Source: Octopus vulgaris (lineage: Eukaryota). Taken from it: a stretch of 64,000 nucleotides of DNA. Shown piece by piece: positions 13,100 through 27,625 of the stretch; position 1 is the first letter of the stretch; every line of letters begins with the position of its first letter. The DNA lies in contig OX597819.1 in the NCBI GenBank assembly GCA_951406725.2, positions 96,720,001 to 96,784,000 on the forward strand. The letters are read 5' to 3'. The notes under the pieces were generated by a model that saw only the letters and a list, made by a program, of their open reading frames with translations, made no database searches and was not told where the DNA came from. The position numbers were made by a program, and so were the translations under genes.

Positions 13100-14069
13100 T
13101 ATATATACACATATATGAATATATATATACATATTCATATATATATTGTCACTAGACCGACTCAACATAACCAGTAAATGGTTATTGAGCACAAACACTC
13201 TTATGTATATACACACACATACACGCCCACATTTCTCTCTCCTTCTCTCTCGCTCTCTCTCTCCGTCTCTCTTCCCCCCCTCTCTCTCTCTCGCTTGCTT
13301 GCTCGCTCTGTCTTGACATATGTGTGTGAGGGTGAATGTGTTTTTGTGTAAACATATTCATACAGAAAGTTATATGACATGGACAGCGGCATTCATATAC
13401 AATCACGAGATCGTATCTACATATATTCACAGCAATCAAAAGAAAATTAAATACAAGGTGCACACATACACACGCACATCATACACTCATATACACACCA
13501 CACATTCTTTGGTTCAATGTTTAACTATGGCCATAGTGGATCACTACTTCAGGAGAATATGGAGCTCTGCTCAAGTTGCTTCGCTGAGCGGTGGTAATTT
13601 CTCAGCGAGTCAAGGTTACAGCCTAAGTTCGAGTTCCTCCTATTATAGCAACCTATGCGGGAAATGGATGCATGTCACAACTTCTGTATCAGCATGGTAT
13701 GAATAGGGCTGATTATACATTGATGAGGCTCACATGACTAGTCTAAGATCTATGTGTGACTGTGAAATAAATATTTTATTAACTCATTTTTTCTACAAAG
13801 TTTAAAGGAGGAAGTTCCTTCTAGGTTCGAATTTTCGTTTTTTTTTCCAGGTTTCAGTCTGGTAATGGGGGATATCTCCCCTCACAGATACGCAGTGGTT
13901 GATGGGGAGCATAGTGATGAGGTTGGTGTATTCCATGTTGTACAGCCCTTCTCCCGCTGTCTTGGTGTGATGTTGGTATATTACAGCTCCGTTTCACTGT
14001 GGTGGAAGTCATTGCTTGAAAGAATTGTATGTATTTGTAGAATGGGAGAGTGAATAGGGACGACATCAG

Positions 14070-14530
14070 CAAAACGTAGCTTCCAAATCAACGTCCTCGC
14101 AATAGAGGTGGATGTGAGAGGGCTTATGAACAAATCTGTCTACGATCTCATGAAACAGCTCTCGATTTCTGGGAGGAAGAAGACCAGAGCTCTTGAAGCA
14201 AAGGTAGGAGCAGCTGAAAAGTGTTCCAACTGGATCTGGTTACGAAGTGAATTTCAAAGGGTATAATTTGGACATAATTTACCCTACAGTCAACCGGTGC
14301 CTTAAACTGAACTGATTACAGCACCCAAGGTACTTTGAATCTGAGGCACTTTAGCCATCCATATGGGTTGCAATACAGACAATAGCCAGAATATGACAGC
14401 AGAGGTGAATCCAGCCCGGTCCTTTAGAATATAAGGATTTAAGGGCAAAAAACACTTGCACGAGGTGGGGGGGGGGGAGCTTCTTCTCTGAAGAGCTGCT
14501 GTTCAGCTCTCCTTAAAGTTCCTTACTACC
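14070..14530 (+). mobile_element. 3' remnant of HERO/NeSL-like RLE non-LTR retrotransposon
   Basis: Translates AIEVDVRGLMNKSVYDLMKQLSISGRKKTRAL...AAEKCSNWIW, matching the EVGxRG...AAExxSxWIW C-terminus of this group. Confidence 0.65.
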
Positions 14531-14893
14531 TAGAAGAAGAGACATGGGAAGACAGAAGATGTAACTTTGCTAATGGTTGTTATGCGTTAGATATGGCACT
14601 CAGGTGGACGTACTGCATTTGGTAACAGACTGTATTAGTAGATGTTATCCGCCATATTTATAGTGCTGATATGGCTATCTTGAGAGATAGCGAAGTATTT
14701 TAAAGCTTGTATTTGTAAAGTTTGAAAACATTTTCATTGTGAATTGTTAGTGAGTAGAGACTATAAGGCTTACAAAGAATATTTACTTTATGTACTTAAT
14801 TTCACTGTTATTGAAAGGCAACAGATTGTCATGTCTTCATTGATTAAAATACTGTATATCTGGCGTGAAATATCAGGGCTGTATGAGCGTGAC

Positions 14894-14894
<1 letters not shown>

Positions 14895-14927
<33 letters not shown>

Positions 14928-15301
14928 CTGAAGTTGTCTGTGCATGGCAGGTTTGGTAGCCTTCAACTAACACTATCTCCTCCGAGACCCTGCGGCGCAA
15001 GTTGACCAAAATTTAGAGTATGATAGATGAAGGCTTGCTCTTCCTTCCGTAGAAGAACAAATTCAAATCGGACCATGTTAACACCAAAAATTATTTACAT
15101 CAAAAAGGTGCTTTTTTTCTATGAAAATCCCTATTTTTACGATTTTTTGACTGCTGTGTCACCATTTTTCGCTGTATCTTAACCAGAAAAATGTTCACTT
15201 AAAGAGAATAACAGGCTACATAATGCAACATTTTTACTTTTCAAAAGTTCCCATTCTAAACGGTCGAAACAAACCCGAGCAGCGCCGGGCGATACTGCTA
15301 G
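14895..15301 (+). mobile_element. Non-autonomous Helitron
   Basis: 5' (TA)n-AAAG start, subterminal GC hairpin CCCG.AGCAGCGC.CGGG (15274-15289), 3' CTAG (15298-15301) followed by T. Confidence 0.75.
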
Positions 15302-16482
15302 TGAGTGTTAAAAGTAAAGTTAAAAGTGGTGAGATTTGAACAGGGAGCATAGAGAGATATAAGAGAGAATAGAGAGCATAGAGAGATATAAATACTGTAA
15401 AACATCTGATCCATACCAACTTCCTTTCGGTTATTCAACCATTTAACAGTGAATAAATAGCGGCAGAGAATAAACTCCTCGTGTGATTACTTCACAGATG
15501 GGAAATAAACTATTAAAAATAACTCTGGTATACGAAATACTGATTTAACCTCAATGACAATCATGGAAACATTGTAAATAGGTTTTGGCCGTCCTTCACA
15601 AGACATTTAACTGTAATGAACATTTATATAATGTATAAATACATTACTGGATTATTACAAATGGCAGATTTTTGTTTGCGTGCTTGAGATAGTCTTAAAT
15701 TTAACATATCTACTTGAGCCAATTCACATTTAACGAGGAAAAAATACATTTAAGAGGTAGTTTAAGCAAAGTAAAGTGAATTTATTGGACAAAACTTGTT
15801 ACATTGAAGCTGCCATGATTTTCAGAATTGTTTTTATTTTCCTTCGTTTTCGACATGTTTACTGAAGATGTTTTCTTTCTGTAATGAAGGAGAGGAAAAA
15901 AAAAAAGATATGTGAGATGCTGTTAAATGTTTGACTATCTTTAAGCTAGATACAGACATTACAATATCTAACGACATGTTATAAAGTATGGAACAGGAAA
16001 GAGACACAAACACATTATAACCGAAATATCTATTAGGTTGGCGAGAATTTATTTTCTTTCATATTAGCAAGGAATGGAGGATGGTAGTTGAATAATAAAA
16101 TTGAGAAACGATTCCTGGCAGACACGTTTTAGGTTTATAAAGCTACGAGAAATAGGAATGGCGATAGTCTTCACCGAAGAAAGTAATGTAGCAGTTCCAA
16201 TTAGAAACAGAAACCTGATCAAAGATTATATCGATCAGGTTTCGATTAACTTTTCTTTTCACTTAACAGAGAATGCGAGAAATAGTTTGAGGAATGAAAA
16301 ATAAGGTAAATATTTTAGAAAAGAGAAAAGTTCTCTACATTTTAGAGAAGTGTAAAATGAAATATTATCGGGTGTATTATGCTCATAGTAGTATGCCGTG
16401 GGGCACGAGGGTGTTAGTAACGTACCGGAAGTGAAATGACTTCATTCGGGAGTCGAAACCACGTAAGTATTAATATTAAGTA

Positions 16483-16964
16483 GGCTGTGAGCTGGCAGAG
16501 TCGTTAGCACGCCAAGCAAAATGCTTAGCGGCATTTTGCCGTCGTAACGTTCTGAGTTCAAATTCCGCCGAGGCCGACTTTATCTTTTATCCTTTCGGAG
16601 TCGATAAAATAAGTACTAGTCGAGCACGGGAGTCGATATAACCGACTTACTCTCTTCCCTGAAATCGCTGGGTCTTGTACCAAAATTTGAAATCCTTATC
16701 AAGAAGGTGGCGAACTGGCAGAATCGTAAGCACACGTTGCAAATTTGAAACCGAAAGTGGAGAGTTGGCAGAATCGTTGGAGCGCCGGTAAAATGCTTAG
16801 TGACATTTCGTGCGTTTTTACGTTCTGAGTTCAAATTCCGCCAAGGCCGACTTTGCCTTTCATACTTCCGGAGTGGATAAAATAGTACCAGTCTAACATG
16901 GGGACCGATGGAATCGACTTATCCCTTCCTCCGAAATTGCTGGCCTTGTGCCAAAGTTTGAAAG
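16483..16964 (+). mobile_element. Tandem family B SINEs (two full units plus a head/tail fragment)
   Basis: GAGCTGGCAGA.TCGTT head three times, Meta-like block twice, tail CTTGT.CCAAA.TTTGAAA. Confidence 0.85.
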
Positions 16965-17423
16965 CTATGTATATTGTGAGAGGGCAGTGGAGATAAATGA
17001 GCATCATACTCTATACTTTAGTATTTAACATTATTCTTCACAGTATATATTTCATCAAGGTCGGCGTTATCAGCCCTCATTCTCTTTTTCCGTCCTACAC
17101 AGTCATTCACACACACACACGCGCGCACGTACACACACGCACACACACACACACACACACACAATCTCTCTCTCTTTTTTTCACTCTACCCTTCTCTCTC
17201 TGTTTCTCGTTCTCTCTATCCCCTCTCTCTATCTCTATCTCTTCTCTCTCTTACTCTCTGTCTCTGTCTCTCTGTCCCTGTCTCTCTGTCTATCTCTTTC
17301 TCTCTCTCTCTGTCTTTCTCTCTCTTCGTCAGAGAAATAAACTTTGTTCTTACCAACTCCAATTATAATGATGTTTGAATTTAAATAACCAGAGTTATTA
17401 ATAAATAGAATGTTTTATCTATG

Positions 17424-17562
17424 GCCCTTTCTACTATAGGCACAAGGCCTGAAATTTGGGGGGATGGGGCTAGTTGATAAAATCGATCTCAAAGATCAGC
17501 TGGCACTTATTTTATCGACCCCAAAATGATGAAAGGCAAAGTCAACCTCGGTGGAATTTCAA
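17424..17562 (-). mobile_element. Family B SINE fragment
   Basis: TTATCGACCCCAAAATGATGAAAGGCAAAGTCAACCTCGGTGGAATTT is the reverse complement of the Meta-like block. Confidence 0.75.
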
Positions 17563-18279
17563 CGCTTTCAGATAATAATAAAAATAATTGTTTTGTTGTT
17601 ATAATAATATTTGCTGTATAAATGTTTTAATGCAACAATAATATTTGGTTTCGTAGTTCTGTTGTTGCTGTTGTTGTTAGTGTCTTGTTTCCTGCATTTA
17701 AGCAATAGTCTTTCTCACTTCTCTTCTTTGTTTAAAAAAAATAAGGGCAATAACTCAAACCCTCTCAATCTGTCTTCTCTTGCCCACTTTGTTCGCATAA
17801 CTTTTCGAATTTTCGGATGTTAGACCTAACAAATAGGAAGGAGGGTTTCTGTAGCATTGACTGACAGCTCGCTATAGATGATATCTCGATTAAAACAGCG
17901 ATGGTTGTGACACATTAATACTAATGGCCTCTTTATGAGTGAAATGGTAAATGAAAACTATTATCACAACTTCGTTCATGAGACCGGATCTCTGAGTAAA
18001 TGTCTCTCACACGGCAAGTGTTCCACTTTGCAGCAGGACGAACCTGGTCGTTAACCGATTACCACTGCAAAGACTGTAGAAGATGGTCTGAAAACAACCA
18101 TAGGACTGTGAAGCAGTGTTATCACAAAAGCGAGCTAACAAAAAGGCTACAGGAAAAAGATACAGAATATATGGATTGAGAAAGACGTTCCCTGTAACAG
18201 AATAAAGACTTCTAGAATAGAAAAATTTAATCGTGAAAGGGCAGTAGTTATCCCAGTTGGAATAGGAAGATATATGCAA

Positions 18280-20035
18280 AACAGCGGAAGAGGAGAACGT
18301 AGCTATAAGGAACAAGAATAAAAAGAAAACGACAAAAAATAATAGAAGCCAATAATTCATCACGGGATAATAATTGCCAAATCGAAAAGAACTTTACTTC
18401 ATAGAAAGAAAGTATGTTACTGAAGAGAAAACAAGCTTGTCACAGGAACTCAATGGGACACTAACAAGTGAAAGATAGTGTCTACCATCTTTGAGCGGAA
18501 TCGAAAGTGAAAACGTACGAAAAATAGTAAAGAAACAGAACGAGTTGTTAATGAAAATCTGTGTTGAAAATGTAATAGATCTAAATGACCTTTTATACTG
18601 AGCAGCATTTTTTTCTGGGGAATTTCAAAGTCAAGTAAAAGCAAGGAACAAAAACCCATAGCAGAAAAGGACTTTCGAATCAAGTTGAACAGCTCAGTAG
18701 AGATGTTGGAAAGATAAGTGCAATAACTGAAAAGAAGATGGAGAAGGAAAAATACAGGAACGAGCTCCAAAGGAAGTATAATATTAGACATAGAAGATTA
18801 AAGGTAGTTACAGAAGAGATAATGCAAAAAATAAGGTAAAAAAATAGATACCAAAAAAAAATAATAAATCAATACCAGCAGAACAGGCTCTCCAGAAACA
18901 ACGAAAAGGAAGTTTACCAATATCTAAACAATGAGAACAAAAATCAAGGACATAATATGCCAAATACTGAAACAGCAATGAAATTTGGGTTAGATATTCG
19001 GAACAAAGAGATTCAATATAACAGGGAGGTGGAATGGTTATGGAAATTTTAAAATGAAATGGAAGCAGATCAAAACAAAGGGATATGAACATTTCAGAGG
19101 AGAAATTGAAAGAGATACTTAACAAAATACCATATTGGAAAGCCCCTAGACCAAATGGTGTTCAACGATTCTGGTCTTAAAATATCTTAAGCATGCAGAC
19201 TAAAATCAGTTATTTCTTACTGACTGTATTGAAAATGAAGCAGCAACAGGGATTACAAAAAGAAAAGTAGTATTAATATAGAAGGACAATGGAAAGTGAG
19301 TAGAAGTCAGTTATTATAGACATATTACATGCTTACCATTACTTTGAAAACTAATTAATATCATAGTAGATGAAGTGTATAGTTCGCTGGAGAAGGAGAA
19401 TTTATTACGAGAGGAGCAAACGTGTTGAGGAAAGAAACATTACATGAGCTACGCTGGTATTAAGACACTATGCTCCTTTTCTCAGTCAAAGAGCAAATAC
19501 AAAATTTGTAGAAAAGGAGACGAAAGTATTGACCATATTTCAAGTGACATTAGTAAGACAGCACAGAAAAGGGTATAGGCGTACGCGTGACTGTATCGGT
19601 AAGAATGCATTGAGCTGTTAACCGAGTGTTCGGATTCAAAGTAACAGGAAAGTGGTATCAACACAAGCCTGTGATGGAGAATAATATTTAAAAGATTTTA
19701 TAGGACTTCCCCATTAAGACTGACCATACTATCGAAGTAAGAAAACCAGATATGATTGTAGAGAAGAAAAATCGAAGAGTGTAAGATCATGGACTTTGCA
19801 ATACCATGTGATAATAAAGTGAATATCAAAGAAATTGAAAAACATTGAGAAATATCAGGACCTACTTGAAAGATGAAGAGATTGTAAAACACTAAGGAAA
19901 AAATTGTTCCTGTAGTAATCGGTGTTTTTGGCACAACACACAAAATGCTATCAAACAGGCAGAAGGATATTTGAATTGAGACTAACACTGTCCTACAGGA
20001 AAGTGCAGCCCTGTATTTTGAAAGAATCCTAAGCA
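18280..20035 (+). mobile_element. Heavily degraded Dong/R4-type RLE retrotransposon
   Basis: Fragmentary motifs collinear with the 41-44 kb element: WKAPRPNGVQRFW, YRHITCL, DHTIEVRKPDMIV, DFAIPCD, VPVVIG. Many stops, RT core apparently deleted, AAT-rich 3' flank. Confidence 0.75.
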
Positions 20036-22765
20036 CAACAGCAAAATAACAATGACAAAAAATAACAATAATAAAAAAATATTAATGTAAGTAATATTTA
20101 TAATGTGAAAGGTATCTGAATAGGAATGTAACATGAAGATGCTGACAGAATGGCAGAATCAAAAATAAAATTCCTCTCTGTAACGAGAATAGTCGATGAG
20201 GCCACCAACACATTTACATTGTCAGATATAAAATATGGCTGTTTTGGACCGATGGTGAGGGACAAAATAAGAACACTCGATATAGCCGTCAACACAGGGT
20301 CAGATATAACGTGATTATTTTCGACTGATGTCGAGGGACAAAATTAAAATCAGTACACTGTAAAATCTAAAGACACCACATAGTACACAATATTATGTCT
20401 GACAGCCAAACGGCTCTAAATTCTTAAGATAGAGTGTGGTGGGTAACTGTTGAATAGTAGGAAATAAAAGGGGCAGGAGCAGTTTAGTGGCAAGGATAAC
20501 AGAGAAGTAGTAGGTAACTGGTTGGTGCCAGGGAGTTTTCAAGTTTTAGTGATATGTAAAACCTCTTACAAACTGTGAGCTTGATTCGTTAGTTGTGTAT
20601 GGAAATTTGTGGTGTATATCTGGCCAACAGTTTTTAAAGTTTGTGTTCGATATAATCGGCCACCAGCGACACAGTTTTCCTCTTATTCTTGTTCGGGTCA
20701 TTCAATTTCACGTTGCTAATTCAGGTAAATTTGATGTAAGATTGTCTTGGAGACCGGCTTCTTTTAAGAACTTCCAACCTCTTGTCTCTAGTCTGAGCGG
20801 GTCACCTATGCATTTAACAGTTGCCCATACTGTACCACATAGGTGACGACAAACCAGGCATGTCTGTCAGTAGAAATCTCATTAGTAGAAAAGTTGTTTT
20901 CTTTTTTTTTCCTATGTACTTCGTTACTAACCCGAGGGTAGGTGTGTGGCGTACAAGCTGTCGCCCTCTGCATTTTATCCTCGCTCTTAAATACCAGTCG
21001 TATGCTTCCATATCTCTGCTCTAATCGTAGAACCATGCTTTCTTGCATGTACGTTGAACATGCTCTTCTCCAGCTCGATCTTCGAGGACGTGTGGAAACA
21101 GTCCCTATTATATGCTACAAAGAGGTCATGTTATTTCCTTCATGAATTTCATGAAACTGCTTTTTTTTATCCTTGTAACTTGTCCATACCTGTTTTTTTT
21201 TTTAAATATATTTTCTTTTTGGCCTGGTTCTAATTGATCAGCTTATACATCTACAAAACACAAAATAGCTTACATTTTTTATGCAATTCTAATAATATTC
21301 AATTATGAAAAATGTTGAGTAAAATAGGAATCAAAAGGGTCCACTGGCAAAAACGGTTGCGAATCACTACTCTACAGGTTCCCCGCCAACTGCAGTTAAA
21401 CTTCATACAGAAACCCAAATATGGATAAAGCAATGCATGTGAGACGTGTTGAGTGTTTCACACAACCTTTATGATATTATAATAACTTGTAATATATACT
21501 CATATAAACGAGCAATATGCCTGACAAAAATCTCTAGTAATTTTAAAGAAACCTGTATTATTTCGGAGTAGTATTTGTCTAACAAGTGACTTGATCTATG
21601 ATTGTGTGTTGAAACTGAAGTATCTACATCATGGAAGACCCATTTCATAATACACAAAGCTGTTAAGTTCATTTTTAGTTGAAATTTATTTCATGAAGTA
21701 TCAACATTTTTGACATATACTTGCAAACTGGTCACTGATCCAGTTTCATCGCAACACATTTCTTTAAAATAATACTTACCACATAGAAGAGTTAGTATCT
21801 AGGCTTGGCATTTAAAAATAAATACTCAGATAAGAAAGGAATTTTTTATGTTGTAGCGAGCGAAACAAAAGACGAATTAAAGGTATAATTAACTTTGGAA
21901 GGCGATTCAAGTATAAGATGGTTCGTCTGGCTCCCATAGTATTCCCAATATGAAGCTATTTCCATTTACTGCTGTTTCAATTAGATTAATGTATTTTATT
22001 ATTCTCGGCTTTTACAGAAAATGTTCTTAATAAATAAAAAAAGATCACCAAAAACGAAACAATCACATGCTAAAATTGCGTCGTCAGGTGATTTAGAAAA
22101 GGAATTTTCATTATTTCTAAAGCATACCTGCAGTAGAGAAAGTCCAGGATGCAACAGGTAGAACATGAATCGATATGAACGACAAATACTTGCAGATTGT
22201 TACACTGAATTAATAGAAGTATGCAAACTTTGCTCTAAAGCTGTGCGGCAGTTCTTCATTGAAACAAACGGCATTCATCAAAGACCGCTGACCAAATTTA
22301 CATAACTCACATTCTGAATGGATACTTAATTAACTGTCGCGCTAAACAGCTTTCTACAAAAGTGTGAAAGCGTCAATTACTCTGTCTATATATTGATATT
22401 ATTAATATCTGCCGAACCTCCAACCATCTTAAAACATAAATTAGACCTTTTAATGGCAGAATCACATGTGTGTCTGGTACTGAATGGATCTGTTTACCAT
22501 TATTCTACACAACTACACATCGTGATTACCTCCTATTGTGCTTTCCTTTCTTCTGAATCGTCACTGGATATGATGGCGATAGTAAACCCAATACTTGTGT
22601 TTTTGCTACTGCTTGTGGTGTTGCTGCAAGAATTACGGTCAATTGAAGATTGCTAAGATTATGACACGTTGCTATGATCAGTCACATGTTTTTATTACCG
22701 TCTGACACAGAAATTCTCACAATTTATATTGCTAAGTGAAACTAAGAGTGACATAGATAAAAGTT

Positions 22766-22847
<82 letters not shown>

Positions 22848-23496
22848 CGAGTCAATAAGGATAACTCTTTCTTAGCGAGCAGCTTCTTACAAAACAACAG
22901 CTAAATATCACTCAAATCAAAATTCTGAAAAAATAGATGGTGAAGTTCACATCTAGATTGCCTCAGTTTCCTCTGATGAAGCTATAAGAAAACTTGAAAC
23001 TATGGAAATTTAGTCTGCGGGTTTACCCTCGAAACTCTTCCAATTGTCTACATAATCCAACGTGTTTCTTTCGAAGACGATAGGTTATGACTTTAGGAGA
23101 CTTGATTGCTATTTTTAGCAGGTCGAGTGACCACTTCATTGCTTCCGCGTACATCATGCGGTGTGACTATTTCTCAGCGTGGCTAAAATGGTATAGTGTA
23201 TCATAACTGAAAGTATCCAGTGAATAAACAGTTTTGCCTCAGTCTATGACAATAACAGGTGAGGTTGTTGTCTTCGATTTACTCACTTTTAATAGACATA
23301 TCTGAATTGTGTTGTGGTTGGTTTTTAGTTGTTAATATATATATACATATATATGCTGCATTTATTGCCGATCGTGATTAGGTGGTGTTCACATATTTCC
23401 CAAAGGATATACTCTTTGATTAGTCTTCGTCTGCATTAGTCTACATTTCATCAATCGACACAATCTGATCGATCGTTTCTCGATATTAGTACTTTC

Positions 23497-23635
23497 TACT
23501 ACTACTACTACTACTACTACTAATACTACTACTACTACTACTACCAACACCACCACCACCACCACCACCACCACTACTACTACTACTACTACCACCACCA
23601 CCACCACCACCACCACCACCACCACCACCACCACC

Positions 23636-23682
<47 letters not shown>

Positions 23683-23695
23683 CACCACCACCACC

Positions 23696-23754
<59 letters not shown>

Positions 23755-23787
23755 CACCACCACCACCACCACCACTACTACTACTAC
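23497..23787. repeat. Alternating (CTA)n/(CCA)n microsatellite
   Basis: Directly visible. Confidence 0.95.
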
Positions 23788-23924
23788 TCTCTTTATTCGT
23801 CTCTTTCTTCTCTTCTTCCTACCACTCTTCCTACCTCTCATCTTCCTCCTCCTCTTCCTCATACTCGCACTCTAGTATTTAATATTTCAATATTTAATAT
23901 TTCAATAGTGTTGTGTTTGTGAAA

Positions 23925-24060
23925 GAGCATGGTCTTGTGGTCTAGAGGTGTTTGGCTCGTAATCTGAAGGATGAGTGTTTAATTTCTGGACCGGAATGAT
24001 TGTTGAGTTCTTGAGCAAGGCGCATCCTTTGATGTTTTGATTGTCTCCTTAGCTGCTATG
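23925..24060 (+). mobile_element. Old tRNA-derived SINE head with CORE-like motif
   Basis: GCATGGTCTTGTGG (A box) ... GTTGAGTTCTTGAGCAAGGCGC. Confidence 0.5.
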
Positions 24061-24104
24061 TCTAGCAGCCAGGGTTATGATGCTTCTTTCTTTCTTTCTT
24101 TCTT

Positions 24105-24180
<76 letters not shown>

Positions 24181-24412
24181 GTCATCACATTCTGAATGTC
24201 TCGGCGGGGTGGGCAAAAGGTGGAAAGCTGACACATGTCCATCTCTGCTCACAACTATACAGGTAGCTAAAACAATTAGAGAAAGCTTGGTATACATGTT
24301 ACCAAACCATATTCGCGCGCAGGTAACTGCTGAATATACTGTACTGTGGTTTATTTTGAACGTACAATATTTTGTTTTGTGCTTGTGTTTCATTCATGGA
24401 ATTTTATGTAAG

Positions 24413-24449
<37 letters not shown>

Positions 24450-25420
24450 AATGCTGGGGTTTCGGTTATGTATTTTTCTGTATCGTCCTTCTTCGTAGCA
24501 ACCACATCTCATTTGCTTACAAGAACACATGTTTAGTCGAGGCAGATTCTTTCCAGCTTGGCTACAATCCAAAGGATCATAGAATGAAACCTACTGGGAA
24601 GATTGCTGCGGTAGCACATTCGAAACTAGGTGATTCGAGAACGGAATGGAATGAAATATATGATCGCAGAGTGCGGAAAGCACAAGTTCCTCTAGGCCGG
24701 ACAGGTAGCAAGGTTCACAGGCAATAGGTAGATCTATGCAGTTGTCAAGTGATATTCAAGACACCGGAGATACTATTCAAAACACTACCAAGACAATATA
24801 AAGACGATATAGTACGACAATTCGAACCCAAATAGAAAAACGACGGTACTAGGTGCTATCAAAATAAGAATGTACCAGTAATGTATAATAATATTTGATA
24901 GACTAGTTGGTAAAATAAATAAAAGAAACTTTTTCTGTATATTTTTTTTTACTATTTTCAAAGTATTTATATCATCAGAATGCTTTTTTTTTTTTCAATC
25001 GCTACATTCAGCTTACCTTATTTTTCAGATCTTTAAATTTTTATGGTTTCTCAATTTCTTTTAAAAATCGTATTATCTTCTATTGGAATTCTTTAGAAAT
25101 TCTTCTACTAAAATCATTTCTTTTCACGGTAGCTTTGGGTAATAATTTATTATTCATTTTCTTAAATCCCCTTTAGAATTACATGAATTGACGTTTCCCG
25201 TAGAATCATCACTTTCTAATCCTCTGAGACCTTTTAATGGTGTGTGCTTGTACCATGTCTTTTCTGTTGGTAGTTTATAATGTTGGCATGATTTTCTGCA
25301 TATGAAATTACCAAATCTCTCATGCATATATGTATGTATGTGTGTCCGTTTAAGTACGTGAGTATGTGTATGTGTATAATATATAATATATGTGTATGTG
25401 TATAATATATAGTATATGTA

Positions 25421-25503
<83 letters not shown>

Positions 25504-25528
25504 CTACATGTGTGTGTGTACACCTATA

Positions 25529-25566
<38 letters not shown>

Positions 25567-25728
25567 ACTGTATACGTGTATATATATGAAACACATATAT
25601 ATCATGCATAAATACGTACATACATACGTACATACATACATACGTACGTACGTACACACATACATACATACACATATACATACATACGTGCATACATACA
25701 TGCATACATACATACATACATACATACA

Positions 25729-25761
<33 letters not shown>

Positions 25762-26699
25762 TATTCCCCTTTGGTTAAGACTGGACAACCAGAAACAATG
25801 TGATTGATTGTTTCTGCAGAGCCTCCTCATAACTTGCAATTCGGCTATTTTGGTTTTCTGCTTCATTAAATGTTTTCAGAAGTTTTGAACTTGTTCCGCA
25901 ATCAGAAATATGCTGGTGTCCGCATTGAGTCCTACATTTTTCAGTTATTTCTGCATTATTTCTTCATGCACAACAGCTGTTTTTCAGTGGTTGCCATGTA
26001 TTCATCGTTTAAGGAATTCCCTTACCATTTTTTGTTTCATGGGCAGAGTTAGCGGTGCCTCAGACAAAATGATATGGCGCTTCTGAGTTCGAATTATCTT
26101 TGCTTTTCACCCCTTTGTGTTTAATAAGGTATTCAGGTCAATTTAATCAGGCAACCTCCCTTTACAAATTTGAAGTTTTCGCCTGTAATTTATATTATAA
26201 TTGCTGTTATTTTGTGCTTGTTATTACTGTTATTATTGTTTATTATGGCTAGCCACCTTCCACAGATTCCCCTTAGAAAGATTTTTTCTTCCAGAATGAC
26301 TTGATAAAAAAAACTTTTTGTTCCTTTTATTAGTTACCAGATATAATAGTAGTAGCATTGAATATGCCTCGTTGTGTTTGAAACACAGACAAATTTGAAA
26401 AAGAAAACAGAAAAATTGACAAATAGATACAATTATATACACAGCAGAAAAATTTGATGGAAACAAAAACAGATGAAAATAGTAAAGACATTATCTAAAA
26501 CAGCATATTCTTTTTGCAGGCGTTGCGAACCAAAGGGAAGTAGTATATGTAAGTCCAGGGGAAAAAGAATAAGAATTTAACACGCGTTTGTTATTCAAGA
26601 AGAGTGATGTGCTTTCAATAAGATGTGCTCAACAGTGCCATGCCCAGTTTGTGATATTATATATGCCTCCATAACTAAGGTGGATATATAGGAGAATGT

Positions 26700-27135
26700 A
26701 ACTGTAATTCTTATGAAGACCGAGAATCGTGTACAAAAGCAGACAGATTTAGATCACTACACGTCTACCTACAATATGGCGTCGCAGCAGGTGGAAGGAA
26801 AAGAGACAAGCTCATGAGCACAATCTACAAGATGGTATCGCATTAGATAGACAGAAGAAACACAAAATCCCTTCCACTGCCAAGTAGAATGCATACAATG
26901 TAGCATGACTGTAGATAGACAGGTCAATGACAAGATTACCATCATTGTCTGCAAGATGGTGTTAGTGTAAATGGACATGAAGAAAGGTTCAATAGACCTT
27001 TGGCTTGTAGACAAATTTGTGACACGTTAGACAACACATATTCCCTAATGTGGATGGAGATGAGATAATTCAGACTGGCGGTGGTTGGTAGAAGGGTCAG
27101 ATGCTACATATGTGGTAGAAACGGTTACTTGTCGA
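26700..27135 (+). mobile_element. Degraded gag-like ORF1 fragment of an L1/Tx1-type LINE
   Basis: Ends in IRLAVVGRRVRCYICGRNGY, a decayed CCHC knuckle in GRRxRC context. Remainder disrupted. Confidence 0.35.
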
Positions 27136-27139
27136 GCTG

Positions 27140-27625
27140 GCAGAAACGGTTACTTGTCAAGCTGGCAGAAACGTTAGAACGCCAGGCGAAATGTTTAGCG
27201 GTATTTCGTCTGCCGCTACGTTCTGAGTTCAAATTCCACCGAGGTTGACTTTGCCTTTCATCCTTTCGGAGTCGATTAAATAAGTACCAGTTACGCACTG
27301 GGGTCGATATAATCGACTTAATCCGTTTGTCTGTCCTTGTTTGTCCTCTCTGTGTTTAGCCCCTTGTGGGTAGTAAAGAAATAGGTATTCGTCTGCCGCT
27401 ACGTTCTGAGTTAAAATTCCGCCGAGGTCGACTTTGCCTTTCATCCTTTCGGGGTCGATTAAATAAGTACCAGTTACGCACTGGGGTCGATATAATCGAT
27501 GTTTAGCCCCTTGTGGGTAGTAAAGAAATAGGTATTTCGCCTGCTGTTACATTCCGAGGTCGACTTTGCCTTTCATCCTTTCGGGGTCGATAAATTAAGT
27601 ACCAGTTGCGCACTGGGGTCGATGT
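27140..27625 (+). mobile_element. Family B SINE, one head with triplicated body
   Basis: GACTTTGCCTTTCATCCTTTCGG.GTCGAT.AA.TAAGTACCAGTT.CGCACTGGGGTCGAT occurs three times. Confidence 0.9.

Noticed and set aside
14486-14515. CUGAAGA followed by a hairpin
   Set aside because: No GAAA box after the stem; it is a simple hairpin in a LINE 3' UTR.
20600-21140. Possible degraded LINE ORF1 on the minus strand
   Set aside because: No diagnostic motif is preserved.
24950-24985. CUGAUGA...GAAA on the minus strand
   Set aside because: No stem II or stem I pairing; expected by chance in AT-rich DNA.
26520-26548. 29-nt micro-exon between TTTTTGCAG and GTAAGT
   Set aside because: The splice signals are good, but there is no partner exon or homology to support it.
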